Positions 11,966-25,190 of a DNA stretch of 64,000 nt are shown one piece after another. Below the pieces are notes generated by a model. That model ran no database searches, was not told the DNA's origin, and was given only the letters and a program-made list of their open reading frames with translations. Numbering within the stretch: the stretch's first letter is position 1; each line of letters begins with the position of its first letter. A program made the position numbers and the translations under genes. Origin of the DNA: Lama guanicoe (lineage: Eukaryota); the NCBI GenBank assembly GCA_013239625.1, contig MU053379.1:2028866-2092865 (forward strand), written 5' to 3'.

Positions 11966-14900
11966 TGCAGAATTGCATCCTGGCTTCTCGTACAATTTAG
12001 CATCAGTATGAGCCTTCAAGCAAATCCATCTCGAGTCAATCACATCCCCTAAACCTAGTCAGTCACTGGGTTGGGAAGACTCAGGCAAAGGTGTGGACAC
12101 CACACCCCCTGCCCGTGGAGTCACATGGCGAGGCATGGCTACTGACTGCTAACCATGCTTCCTGATGCCCAGGGTCCCGGTGTCCCTTGGGGTCAGGAAA
12201 CTCCGTTCCAAGCCTTGTTAGAACGATGTCTCTGTGTGGTGAGCTGCTGCTTCATTTTATTGTCAAATTCCCCAGAGTTGTGTTTAGTTTGCTTTTTCCT
12301 GATAAGGCTACGTGTACGTGGGATGTTTCCTTCTTTAAACTTGGGCTAAGCGGGGGAATGTATCAACAGTCCTCTCTGCATGTTTATGTCGCTGCTTCCA
12401 CATCACTGGAGCCCCTTCTCCAAGACGATACGGAGGGAGAGGCATCACCAGGGGAGACTTTCCTACACTGCGGAAGAGGAGGTCATGTGTTGACTCTGGC
12501 CTTCCTCCCAAGTCACAGCTGCAACCATGGGAGCTCGGACGGTGCTCCGTTCCCTCGTCTGGGCCAGGCAGAGGCCGGAGGGCAGGTGTTTCGGAGCACG
12601 GAGCTGGACCCCTCGCCCCAGCCCTGCTCCCTGTTCACCTCTGCCGTTTGACTGCACCTCCTCCTTCCTGCCTTGAGCACTTCAAGCATTGGGCTTGGAG
12701 GCGACCCTTTACGTTGGAAGATAAATCAAAAACAGGCCGATGCCTTGTTAGAGAACATCACAGCCCAGGAGAGAAAGATCCAGTACAGAACCTTCTGTAA
12801 ACAAGTGAGGACCGCAGCCGCCCCACCGGCTTAACCGCCTCCTGGAGGAGGAAACACCCGGGACTGTCGGCTCCCCCTCCAGGGGCCACCAGCTGGCAGT
12901 TCTTTTCCCAGATTCCTCATTTCAGAAGTCTCCATGGATGAGCCCCCTTGGGAAACTGGCCAAAGTACATTTCAGCCCGGTTACCCGTGGTGGTTTAACT
13001 GAGCTGCACTCACCAAGATCAGTCACAGAGCAGGAGCCTGGACGCTTCCCAGCTGTGCTTCCTTTGTCTGTGCTCAGAGAAATGGACTATGTCAGCTGCT
13101 CTTAGACCTTCTGGGGAGAGCACATGGGCTGGCTTAAACCTTACGTTCAAAATTCCTGCTTCCTGCGATTTCTGGAGACAAAAGGACACCGTGCCGTGAT
13201 GAGGTGGAGAATTAGTGGACGTTCAGTCCCGTTCACAGGACTGATAAATCAAGACCCAGCTCCCCTTCTCGGTGTGATCGATCCATTGGCTCTATGAGGT
13301 CTTTATTTTTTTTCTCGGTCTGTGTGGGCTTTCATATTTCAGAATCCTAACTTAAGATCACAGGTTTTAATGTCAAGTAGTTCATTTTATTGTATATCAT
13401 TGCATTTTCATTATGACTGCAGGATAAGACAGCACAGGACTCCAAATAAGCAAACACGAGAGCCATATTTTCCAAGAGGTCGTATCCTTTGTTCACTTCA
13501 TAATTTACATTTGCCAAATGCTTGAAGTTTGGGAGATTCTTTTGTAAACATTTACGTATTTTGCTCTTTTATGGGTTTTTCCCAATTTATTTTTTCAAAT
13601 GAGCTCAATGACCCTTGCCAAAGTGTCTGTGGAAGGACCGTGAAAAGCAGGGTGTGGGAGGACTCTGCCAGCCAGGAATCCCTGCTCAGGGACACCCATG
13701 TGTCTGTTGGTGAGGTTTCAGCTGCTGCTGAGCTTGACAGTGGCCCTGAGGATCTGTGGGCCCTGAACTGCCTTTTGAATGTGGAAGAAAAGTCATGTTT
13801 GACAAAAATTAACGTTAGTGTTACGTGTATTTTATAGCATGTGGTCGTTTTAATTGACAGCCAGTGTGTTACCGTCCAGAAGGGGGCGCTCTCTGCCATG
13901 CGCCCTTCTCTTTACCATGTTGAATAACAAAGTTAAGTGTTGCCCCATTTTCTTCCTGAGTCCAAACTCTAGATCCTGGAGGCTTTGCGTAGAAGAAAGT
14001 AAAAACCGTCTTTGGGAACAGAGAAAGTCCCCATCATTCGTGTGTGTATGAACCTGAATTGCTTACCTGCCTCTAAAGCTGTAAACATCTAAAGATGCCT
14101 TCCAAAGGGACTCCGGAAACCATGCTTGCTGCCCGTCGTTGGCTGTAGGAACTGTTACCAGGTCACCCAGACTGTCCTCTTGTGCACAAGGGCCACGTCT
14201 CTCCCACTTGTCCCTGTGGATGGTAATGAGATGGACACCAATCCTGAGCCCACGGGTAGCACCGCTTCACTGCACAGCCTGTATGGGAATTAAGAAAGTG
14301 GCGTGGCTCCTGGTTAGCTCCCCACGGAAGACACTCTTTTCAGACTCATGAGGAAGTTGGCAGTTGAAGCTGTCTCCTGACCCTCACTCCAACCCTTTCC
14401 ATCCACTGAGCCTGAGAGAGAGGCAGGTCAGAGTCCCGGGGTCCCTTTGGCTTTCTTTGTTGCTGGACCATCTAAGTTTCTGGGGAAAGAGATGTCTGGG
14501 TACCACCTGTTGCCCTTTGCATAAGTAACTACCTTCAAAAAGCCCCAAGGACATTGTATTTGAACACTGAAAATGCCTGACCTGCACGTTTGCTAAGAGA
14601 CAGTGACTCAGAGGTTGGGACGATTAGAGCCATTATTAAGATTGCGAGGTTAGGATGGAAGTTTTCCCAAAAACGCATGTTAGAAATGAACGCTGTTTCT
14701 GTCTGATTGTTCCAAACCCCATTTTTCAGGCCCCCTTCCCCGAGAGACACTGAGATTCCATGTGCTCTTTGCACAAGATGGCACGGGGTCTGTTCTGCCT
14801 GGGGGACACCTGGGGACTTCTCCCTGCTCCTTCCCTCCCCTCGGTGTTAGAAACGTGCGCCTGTACCTGGTGCCGTGCACCAGGTCTGACTGACCTCTGC

Positions 14901-14994
14901 GAAGGATCCACACCCGGCCTTCTGGCCTCGGCAGAGTCACAGGTGGCTTCCTTACCCTCTGGGCCAGGTGCTTGCTTCCGGGAAGTCAGGGCAA

Positions 14995-15125
14995 CATTGT
15001 GGTGGAAAGCGCGGGCTCTGGAGTCCAAGGAAACTGCGTTTTGGGTCTGATTCTGGGGAGTCGTGTGGCCTAGGGCAAGTCCTTTGCCTTTCTGGGTCAG
15101 ATCTCTGCATCTGGGCGTTGGTGAC
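14995..15125 (+). mobile_element. MIR fragment
   Basis: gtggtggaaagcgcgggctctggagtc...gtgtggcctagggcaagtcctttgcctttctgggtcag. Confidence 0.6.
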
Positions 15126-16051
15126 AGTTCCATTTATCTGCCGGGGTATCTGCCCGGCCTGGCACCAGGGTCCGGCCCTCAACACCCGATCAATTTTTGG
15201 GAGGTCTGATGGCCAATCGTCTTTCACTCTGGAAGAAAAGAAATCTGAGGTCAAGGCTGCCTTAAGACCCCACTCACTGTGGACTTTTGGCCTTTAATCC
15301 CAAGGCCAAGGTGCCCGTATGTTAGTTGCCTGCCGCACATAGTAGGTACATGTTTTCTGTGTCCACATACTTCAGGGATAACTATGTCCTTTACACTTTT
15401 CTGAAAATAAACTCACTTTCAAAAAATCTATGTGTTTTAAAGGTGATTTTATATCTATCTCTTCCATAAATGCACATGAATATTTTTATAACATGACAGT
15501 AACTGTCAACATGAAAAAAAGTTTGTGCTGGCATGGCCCGACATCACTTCCCATTTCCCCCGAAACACACACCGGCGTGCCCGCCGCATGCACCCCCTGC
15601 TCTGTCAGTGCCGCCCAACCGCAGCGATGGACTCAACAGCCTTCCAGCTCGAGGAGCACTTAGAGCCAGGCGTTCCCAATCTGAGCAATAATGGTTTACA
15701 TTTCTGATGTCTGATGTCTGGCTCTAGGCAGAGAATTATTTCTAGACCCTGAGGTTGCCCATGGGGCTGGCAAGTAGCTGTCTGAATTCATGGTTGGTTC
15801 TGGCCTCGTCGCCATGGTGACAGGGATCAGCGCCAGCTGACCAGGTGACCGGCTGGGTGGAGACTCCTTGTCGATGAGAGCCAGTTCTTGGTGGATCATC
15901 TCAGTGACTCATTCCCTACGCAGGTCACACCAGCAGTCACCATCCCTAATTACTCCCCTGAAATCTCAGTGGGGCGGACCTGGAATCTGTGGAACACGGT
16001 CTACTGTGTGTACCTTGGAAGAGGCATGTAATGGCAGTGATGTTTATATTT

Positions 16052-16079
16052 AAAAAAAAAAAAAAAAAAAGAAAGAAAG
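16052..16079 (+). repeat. Poly(A)19 followed by GAAA repeats
   Basis: A run at 16052-16070, then gaaagaaag. Confidence 0.9.
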
Positions 16080-17506
16080 TGAGAAAGATAAGCAAACGAT
16101 GTACTTGCAGATACAGTGCCTGGCGCAGAGTAGATACAGTGGGATTTTTATCGAATGAATTAAGCGGGTACTAACTCCATACCACAGGATAGTCAGGCAT
16201 CTGCCCCAGCCAGCATTTGCTGACTGTCCTCTGCACTCTTAGGACCAGGTTGAGGATAAAAGAACAGAATAGTCTGGAAATTCAAAGTATTCAGGGAAAG
16301 TGAGGGGGTGCGGGGAGGGGCGGGGAACGTGGGAATTTCTTAGGGAAAGAGGACCCATCAGGAAATGGGACCGCTGGGGGATCAGGAGCCTGGAGTCTGG
16401 GGTCCAGCGTCATGCCCCCTGCCTCCTCCTCCACCTCCCTGAGAGGTGGTCCAGCTGTCCCTACCCCCACGTGCTGAGATGCAGCCGATTTCCTAGGGGC
16501 GAGCTGCCGGGGGACCACAGCTGCCTGTCTGTTTGGGTCCTCAGAAGAGAGCTGATTTGTTGGGAAAATGCTCTCTTAGGCCTGCTTTTTCTGCACTGTG
16601 TCTCTTGGCCGTGGCTCCCTTGGCCTCACTTGCCACATTCCAAGTTAAAATAGCTCACGTTCCTTCCGGGCCTGGCCCCGCGGCCTCCCCGGGGCCTGGG
16701 GTGTGGGTCTGCGCGGAGGGAGAGCGGGTCTGTGGTTGCCGCTGTCCCCTGCACAGCCATCTGTCTGCGCTCCCAGCCTCGGCCACCAGGCCTTCGTGTG
16801 ACGGGCAGAGACGCCGCCTGTGTTTTCTGAATACTTACACCCTGGGGTTACCCATCTGCAGTCCCTCCTGCCCAAATCAGTCATGCGATTGGAATTTTCT
16901 AAACATTTTTAATCCTAGCCGTAGGCAGTGTCTCCCTCCACTAGAGAAACACTCCTACAGTGACGGGGCCCAGGCTACAAGAGGTTCAACACTGACCACG
17001 GAGAACTTTGCGAACTCTAGTCTTCGGGGCGTCTCAGCAGGGATGACGGGCTCGTCCAGACTCATTGCCTTCCAAGTGATGGAATCATCTGGGAAATAGA
17101 GTTCTTATTAAAATGTAAAATGGCCTCAGAATCCCTCCTCAGGCTTCAAAGAGAGATTTGGGGGAAGGAAATCCTACCCTATTTTAATTATTCCAGGGAT
17201 GTTTGGTGGGGGGGTGGGCAGAAGGTTTCTTAGTGCCAAATCCAAATCTGGTTCCGTGCTGTCAGTCCATTTGCAGGGCACACAGCCTTCACTGCAGCTC
17301 TGCTCAGGCCTGGGGCTTCACTTGGGACAGACAGAGCTAGACCCACTGGTCCCGCTGCGCTGATCTGAAGGATCAGAAGAGGCACAGCTTGCGCTGGTCA
17401 TCCCTGAGTGCGCGGGCGCTCACCTCTCCGGCTGGAGTGCATTTTCCATTTCAGGGAGATGCCTCATTCCCTGGGAGACTCGGGAGCAAAAGCCAACTCA
17501 AGGGGT

Positions 17507-17859
17507 CGTCTCGAGTTGGGTCCCTGACGTAGAGATTCTTGTGCAAGTGACTTATTGATGACAGTTCTCAAGCGAAGGAGGGTGGGAGAAGCAGGATCAG
17601 GCGGGAAGAGTCAGCAGAGGCGCGTTCAGCAGGGACCAGGGAGCGTGGCGTTATCTCGCCTGGAGGCAGGGGATCGGCTGCACACTGCTCTTGAAGCAAT
17701 GTCTTAATCTTCCAGGCATTTCGGATGATGTGGCGCCCGTGGGCCGAGGGCAGTTCTCAGGACAAGGATGCACCCAGCAGACAGCATTTGTGGCTCCGGG
17801 AGGTGGGTGTCCCAGCCCAGTGAAGGGGGTCCTGGCACCTACCAACAGTGTCCGCCACA
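17507..17859 (-). mobile_element. ERVL LTR16-like solo LTR
   Basis: gtctcgagttgggtccc...agagattcttgtgcaagtgacttattg...gggagaagcaggatcaggc...ccaacagtgtccgccaca follows the recalled reverse LTR16 layout. Confidence 0.65.
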
Positions 17860-19542
17860 GCGATGCCCCTGCCGTCTTGCCTGACTTCACGTGGGGCTGG
17901 ATACGATAAAACTGCAGGCTCTGGTCCCCTTGGCGAGGAATATGACCCAGCCTTCTGTGGGAGGAAGGTTCACTTTCCTTTCCAGGCCATCATACTGCAG
18001 CAGGTTTTCAATGTGTTTTATAAAGGGATGGACATGAGAGCCTTCCCTTGGACCCAGTTCTGCCAGCCACGGATGCAACCACCCCACTAGTCACCAGGCT
18101 TGTTAAAAGTGAGGGCCTAGAAAGAGCTGATTTCATTCATTTTACGGCAGTGTAGCTCCCCCTAAGAGAGGCCAGGCTGGCCAAGATGTGTGTGGTCCAC
18201 TCCTCACGTGTGAAAGATGTCTTCCAGGCTTTCTCCCTAATGTATGCCTGGTCGTGCCCCGGACCGTGACCACGGTTCTCATGTAGGTAACAGCCACCGA
18301 CCTCTCCTTCGCCGCACGAGCACGCGTAAGCTGTCTCGGCACTTGCCTTTCTGTTGTTTAGAAACGGTCCCCACAAATGACAGCCTTTTCCATCCCCAAC
18401 CCCAAGTTACCATGTCCTTTTACACCCTGACGTCCCGATGCCCCAGACCCTCCACACCCAGATTTGGGTCGGGGTGTTCTGTAGTCACCTGAGTCTGTTC
18501 CTGCTTCCAACAGACCGAGACAGAACCAGAAATTCAGTTCTCTTTGGCTCTTTGGATCCGAGCTTCCTGGTTAAAATGATTTTTTAAAAAAATAAATGAT
18601 GTGGTGGGAGAATGTAGAAGTGTCTGGAACGTGTCCAAGACCAGTGAGAACGCTGTGAGGAGACAATCCCACTGCGGCCTCGCAGCCCAGACGAGTGAGA
18701 CGTGCCCCGGGGACGCCCCTGGCCCCAGCGGCTGGCAGCGGCGGCGGGAACTTCGGCCACGGTGGCGGTTGGTGCGGTTTCTCCACTCCCGCCTCCCACA
18801 TCCCGCTCCCCTTCTCCCGACTGTTTCTCAGAACAGGTTCTATAGCTGTTCCATCCTAAACGCCAGCCAGCCCGTGTTCGGGCAGCAGGGACCCGCGGGC
18901 ATGCGGGAATCCTAACAGAAGGAGCACTTATCCCCTGAGCACAAACAGGCTGCTTCGGGGCTGATGGATTGACAAGCGAAGGGCGTCGCTCACGTGGGAC
19001 CCTGTTGTCCGCGGGGAAGGGATGGACGGACTGTCGTGTGCAGACCCACGGGCGTGGGCACAAGTTGCTCCCTCCCTGCCCACCCCCAGGCTGCACTCAT
19101 GTGGTCTGGATGCCTCTCCTGCCGTGATTTAGTGCAGGATACCTCCGGGATGACTGAGGGGATGTTTGTGGCGGAAGCAGCGTTCGTGCGGCTCCCGGGT
19201 TAGCCCGGCTTCCCAGACGCTGAGCCTGGCATGAGCGCTCCTGCGAGCGGGATTTGGAAAGGGCTCCCTGGAAAAACTGGTGAGAGACGGGGTAGTGGGA
19301 CCAGGACGGGAGGAAGGGTGGCACACAGTGCCAAGCAGAGGCTCCAGTGAGCAGAGACTCGCGCTCAGGGCAGCCCTGGGTGCTGGCTCTCGGAGGTGGA
19401 AACACCCTGGGCGCTGGCGTTTGGAGGTGGTCATGGTCCGTGGGGAGGCAGGCAGAGCACAGGCGAGGCTGCTTCGGTTCCTTTCCAGCCACTTTCAGAG
19501 GCATTCACAGGAGTGATAACTGCACCAGACAGTGCTTCCCTG

Positions 19543-19586
19543 ACATCAGACCTCACTCTTGTACATCAGACCTCACTCTTGTACAT
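19543..19586. repeat. Perfect 20-bp tandem duplication
   Basis: ACATCAGACCTCACTCTTGT x2 (19543-19562, 19563-19582) plus ACAT. Confidence 0.95.
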
Positions 19587-20289
19587 TGGCGTCTCTCAGG
19601 AGTCCTGATACCAACTCTTTCCACCTTACTTTTGTGGGTCCCAACACACCAAAGCAGATATTGGGGTACCAGCATCCCATGGCCATAAAATGTGCAAGTG
19701 CTCAAGTGGTACCCAGGATTGAGATCCCGCCAAAGGCGACAACGGCTTCCCATCAGGATGTAGCTCAGGTCACAGGGGAATGTGGGTCAACTCCGAGCTC
19801 ATCCTTGGCCCATGACAAGTGTCAAGATGCAGGCGAGCATTCCCAGCACGTAAATAAGGCAGAAACTCTGAGCCAGTCCCTTTTTGGGTGGAAGCAGCTG
19901 GGAAGTGGTTTCGTCTGGGTAGGAAGCCCTGGATGCAGAAAGCTATTCACCGCGAGGCCTGCGGTGGGGCAGAATCCCAGATGCAGCGCACTCCAGAGTT
20001 TTGTTTCTCTAGCCCGAGGCTTAGAGAAAGGCTAATCAGGAAATCTGGCCAATTTTCGTCTTGGGTCCCATTCTAGGTTCTAATGTACCATGAAATTCAA
20101 TGCAGTTCCACATGCTTTTTTAGACTCTGGGTGAAGTCTTTTCTTTTGGAAAAAACAAAGCTAGGGTTTGTGTAAGCCTGTGCTCGATGTCTCTGAGCCT
20201 GGGGGAAATGTGAACTGGGCCCCAACTCATGTGGATTCCGAGGAGGTGACCGTGATGTGGGAGAAAGGGCGCTTGGCTTAGAGGCCCTG

Positions 20290-20390
20290 CCCCAGGGTCA
20301 CACTTGCTTTGCGAACTGGGCCTCGGTTCCCCTCTCTGTAAAGCACAAAGCCATCAGGGTGGCCGTGAGGTTAGGGAAAGATCACAGAGG
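20290..20390 (+). mobile_element. MIR fragment
   Basis: ctgggcctcggttcccctctctgtaaag...cagggtggccgtgaggttaggga. Confidence 0.5.
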
Positions 20391-20409
20391 GGGAACAGTG
20401 ACCTGGTGA

Positions 20410-20883
20410 CGTTACTGAAGGCAGGTTCGTGTGCCCAATGCACCGTGAGGCCAAACGAACCAAAACACTGGAGTTCAGAACCGGGAAAGATTTATTGCAG
20501 GACTGAGCAAGGAGGGCAAGGTGGCTCACGCCCAAGAAAACCCCAAACTCCCCGAAGGGCTTCAGCAAAGTACGTTTAAAGACCAGGTGAGGAAGAGGGG
20601 GTCACGGGGACAGGATCAGCTTGTGCACAATCCTCTGGTTGATGTGGAGGGAACGGGGCGGTCAACACTATCAGCCCCTAAGGTGCCAGAAGGTCTGGGG
20701 GCCACTTGCGCTCGATCAAGTAGTTAATTTCTTTCCTTTGATGGTGGCTTAATTTAAGCATCTGGAAATCTCAGGAACTATACGTGAGATCTGATTATCT
20801 GGGCGCTTCTGCGAGGAGCTGCGGCAGAGGACGGGGGGGGGGGTCTGTCCCGGGAAGGCCCCACAGGGTCCTGCTCGGTTACA
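20410..20883 (-). mobile_element. Full-length ERV1-class solo LTR (474 bp)
   Basis: Termini CGTTAC.../...GGTTACA (minus strand TGTAAC...GTAACG). 4-bp TSD GTGA at 20406-20409 and 20884-20887. Minus-strand AATAAA at 20491-20496 and TTTAAA at 20575-20580. Confidence 0.88.
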
Positions 20884-21228
20884 GTGATGCCTTAATAGCG
20901 ATCACTGTTTCCACTGGAGAACTTGTCTGCTGTCCGAGGAGAAACACCTGCACAATCCCCACCTCCTTAGAACACAGACGACTGCCCCTTCCCACCTCCA
21001 CAGCCTACTCCCTGCTTCCTCTCCTCCATCCTCCTCGACGGCCTCCCCTTCTTCAAGGCTCCGCTCAGGACCAACCATCCCTGTGGTCCTTGCCCACTGC
21101 TCTGGCTCAGGCTGAGGCGTTGGCTCCTGACCCCAAATACCACCTTCTGTCTGATCCGTGTTAGCGTAGATACAGATAAATTGTAAGTGTAGTTTTAGAT
21201 GGAGTTACCACTTCAGGGGGAGAGAAAC

Positions 21229-21731
21229 CGTGGCAGAGTGCATCTTCCAGATGGTCTCAGTGTTGACTCCGGGATCACGTGTGCTTCCAGAATCTTGTCC
21301 CTCCCCCACCCCCACCAGAAGTCAGGAGTCTACTGCCCCTCCCTCCGAGGCCTTTGTAAGCACCCCTGACCCACAGAAGGCGGTGGAAATGCTCTGTGAC
21401 GTCCCAGTGTTGGTTGTTAAAGGCCATACGACTTCCTCCCGGGCCTCTAGCTCTGAGCCCATTGAGAAGTCCCCATGGACGAGGCCCGAGGAAGAGAGAG
21501 AGGGGCCCGGGAGCCCCAGCGGGTCCAGCCCCTGTGTTTGAGTCTCCCCAGCACGGGTGCCAGAAAGGCTGTGAGTGCTGAATTCACATTTCCAGTTCCA
21601 GCTGCTGTGTAAGGACCATCCTCTGAGGCCAGTCCACCCCCCGAAGTGGGGCCCACAGTAGTGAAATGTCATGGCTGTCTTAAACCACTACGTTTTAGGA
21701 TAGCTGCTAGTAAGCACTGGGGTGCGTAACA
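21229..21731 (+). mobile_element. MaLR MLT1-type solo LTR
   Basis: Begins (c)gtggcaga and ends with the MLT1-like gctgtcttaaaccactacgttttaggatagctgctagtaagca. Confidence 0.7.
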
Positions 21732-22828
21732 CGCATTCACGCGTGTACACACGTACACTTTCACAGGTATACGTCGTACACGGTACATGTATGTTTGGGG
21801 ATATCACCTGCCTTCTATCGTCCTCCAGTTTGTGTGTTTGTGTCTTTAGACCTGGCTTCCCCAGCTGGGCTGTAGAGTCCAGGAGGGCAGAGCTGTGTTA
21901 CGTGCACCCTAGCTATCTCTGCCAGACCTGGACCGGTGTGGTGGGTGTAGCCGTGCCTTGTGGCGTCGGATGGATGGGGAGACACCTGTATCCCTGAAAA
22001 GCTTGCTAACATTACAGGATGCATTTGTGAGCACAAAGAAATCAGAGTCTCTTTGGCCTCTGAATCATTCTCAGAGGAACCCTGTATCCTTGGAGAGAAC
22101 CATTTGGTTGAAATCGCTAAGCATAAGCCGCTTGACTGGCTTCTGTGTCGCAGACACAGGGAAGGGCACTGAGCTCTCGCCAGCCCTCCCACCTGTAGGC
22201 GCCGGACCACCAGCCTCTCGGATTAGCCAGCAGTTAGGCCAGACCTTGTGTGCTTGGTCCAGAATCCGCAAGGAGTTGCCACTTCCATCTTCAGATTAAA
22301 AGGCAGCCCCTTAGCCTCGCTCCTCACCTTAGTGTTAGCTAGGAGAGTGGAGATTTTAAGCCGTCAAGTTGGACAGTCTGGTCATAGTTATTTGAGCTCT
22401 GCAAGAAAACTTAAACATCAGAGTCTCTCATAGAATAACAAATAACAAAACCCCCCACAGATCTCAAACATTGAAAGGATTCTTTCTTGAAAGAATTATT
22501 TTAATAGATTTTCTCCGGAGACTTAAATGAAATGCCCCAAATTCAACGTTTACATGAGAAAAGATCAAAGGACGCAATGGTGTAAACGTCTTTTCGTCCT
22601 TTGAGAGCTGGCTGAGTCATTCTGCCGCCCGCTGTGTGACCTCGCTGTCCAGCAAGCCAGGTGAGCTGCAGGCCAGCATCTCTGAGCACGTGTTAAAGCA
22701 GTCCTTGGGTGGTGGGCATGGCGAGATGTTCATTGTCTTTGATTGGCCTTTTACTTCAGTGGGCCCAAGATTCTTCCTGGTTTGTGACAGTAAACGCCTG
22801 CATTTGTCTCTGGCCCCTGTGCTGCTGT

Positions 22829-23337
22829 TGTTGCCTGAAATAAGTTGCACCACCTGAAAGCTAAGAGTATGTTTCATTCAAAGGCCGTTTCTGAGGACTC
22901 GAGCCCGGGGTGACCGCCTCCTGTATTGCTCTGAGGGACTGCTCCAAAGTGTCAAGGTAGAAGCCAGGATATACGAGTTTTTGCAACAAAGACCGGGTAG
23001 TTGGAACATCAAAAGATTGCTGTTAATAGAAGAAAACCAGATATCTCAATTTAAGGACTTCAGCACTTTTCTATGTACGGGAAGGTACAAAGGTCTGGGC
23101 TCAGTGAAATCATTCCTTTGATGTGCACCTGGAAACCTAGGGGCCAGTGTCCTGTGCTCTCCCGTCCTGAATCCCCTCAGGGGGGACCACTGGGGGTGGC
23201 AGCTGAAGCCAGGCTGCCTGCTCGTCTGCATCCTGAGTTCTCTCCGCTCACTGTCGGAGGTGGCAGTAGTGGCTGATGACTTGATGGTTGCAGCATCCTT
23301 TGTTTACCGATACTGTTTGCAGTATTCTTCGTTCGCA
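22829..23337 (-). mobile_element. ERV1-class solo LTR of a cetartiodactyl family
   Basis: TG...CA ends. Internal motifs gctctgagggactgctcc, ggaacatcaaaagattgctgttaat, gaaatcattcctttgat and catcctttgtttac match a recalled cetartiodactyl LTR. No clear TSD. Confidence 0.78.
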
Positions 23338-24415
23338 TCATGATGACGTTGATTACATCATAAAGTTTATGCTGCTGGCTCTGCATCATCTTGCCCCTAA
23401 ATAATTATGTTGATTTCCTTAAGGGTTTCCATGAATGTGTTTTCAACTCCAGCCAACTCTGTGATGAAATATAAGCACATAGAAAGACACAAGCTAGCCA
23501 GAAATGACACAAAATCCTAAATTCTGAGGGGGAACCAGCAGTCGCTGGCTTGTAGCAGGGAGTGTGATGGAATTCTGACACCAGAACAAAGGGAAAGCTT
23601 TCCTTCCTCCTTACTTTGAACACGAGTGGTGGTGTTTATTCATTTGGTCTCAACTAACTCAAGAATTGAGTAGAATTTCCCCCCCTTTTTTTCCCCTTTA
23701 AAAAAGATTAAATGTTAGTACTTTTATGTGCTTTGTGTAATGGCCGGATTTAGTCAAAAGTCTGTCTGCTGCCTACCTTTCTTCCCTATTTCGGAAGCTT
23801 CACAAATTTGTCTGGACTTGAAAAGCCTTTATTGAACACCTACCTCTTGTAGTTGTGAATTTCAATTTGCCAACTTCATGTGGGAAGTCAAAAGCCTGAC
23901 ACAGGAACATATAAGAAAACCTCCCATCTCCAAAAGAAAGCGGGACCTGATCTCACTCCCTTAGCTGTAGCTGGTTTCTGATATCACTTTGCCCCTGACA
24001 CCCGTTCTTGCCTCTGAGACTTCAGGCATCACCTGTCGGAGACATCAGAACTGTCACAGACACATCTCTGGGTTGCCTTTGCCTCGAAGTAGTTACAGCT
24101 GAGGGCTTGGCAAGGCCGAGTGTCTCCTCCTGTAACCTTCGACCGTGCCGAGTGCTCTTTCTGTCCGAACCTTGGTTTATGCATATAACTTAGTGTGAAA
24201 TTAGGTTACCCCCTAGACCCTCCATGACATCTTGCCAGCCCACCAGTCACCTTCACTTTCCCCAGGGTGTTACTTACCAGTGGGACACACAGTTGTCGCA
24301 GGCTGCATTAGTTCATGGAGGACTTAATGTAGCTAATAGCGAGTTTGGGGAAACTTGCATGTGAATTTCGTCTACTGCAAATTTTCTTTGGCAGGTTATG
24401 ATCTTGTGTATGTTT

Positions 24416-25190
24416 GGACTTTTGATTTCCAGTCATGGTAGAATGGTTTGCACTGGATGAATGCTTCTGTAGGAACGATTACAGACTCTGAACAAAACAA
24501 AGGAAAGTAATTGTTTAAAAGCTTGGGAAAATAAAACAAGCAGAGACTAGGGAGTTACGGAGTTTGAAAGAAGGATACCACACTGTGCGAGGGCCACACC
24601 AGGTGGCTTTTCCCCAGCATGAGCCGTTCACGGGAGATGGAGCTTAAGCAGAAAGCAGTGATCTTATTCGGCTGAGACATCAGAGATTAGAGTTTGGAGC
24701 TCCCAGAGCAGCTGGAAATTGGGGGACATCCCAGAAAGGAAGAATTCAAACATGCATATAAGTTCCCCTCAAATACTTGACTGACCCCAAAATTTTGCAT
24801 GCTTTGGGGGCAGCTCCGGGCAGTCTCTGGGAACTTGAAAGCCGAAAGCACCTGAAAGGCTGGACTTGCTGAGCAGAGATTTCAGTAGCTGCCAGTGCTG
24901 GGCAGACAGAGTTTGGAGGTCAAGGTGCCAGAGGTAAAGAGGCTTAGTAAACAACTCAGACCTTCCACGGAAACCCTACGAGGACCGCTATCCCTGGACT
25001 AAGAGTGTATCAGAACACACTTCTGTTAGGAAAAAACCCCAAACCAGCACCAGAGATGACCCTCCAGTGATTTAACTTCCTGCTCCAACAAAACTCAACA
25101 CTCTTCTGAGGAAGACAGCTGAGTCCAGAGTCACCTCAGTGCATCATCCGCACACTCAAATATACAATCGAAAATTACTAGACACACCTC
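24416..25190 (+). mobile_element. Old L1 (L1M/L1ME) 5'-region fragment
   Basis: ggacttttgatttccagtcatggtagaat at the start and caatcgaaaattactagacac at the end resemble the old L1 5' UTR / pre-ORF1 region. Confidence 0.55.

Noticed and set aside
16052..16079. Poly(A) run as the tail of a processed pseudogene
   Set aside because: No recognisable mRNA-like sequence, poly(A) signal or TSD upstream.
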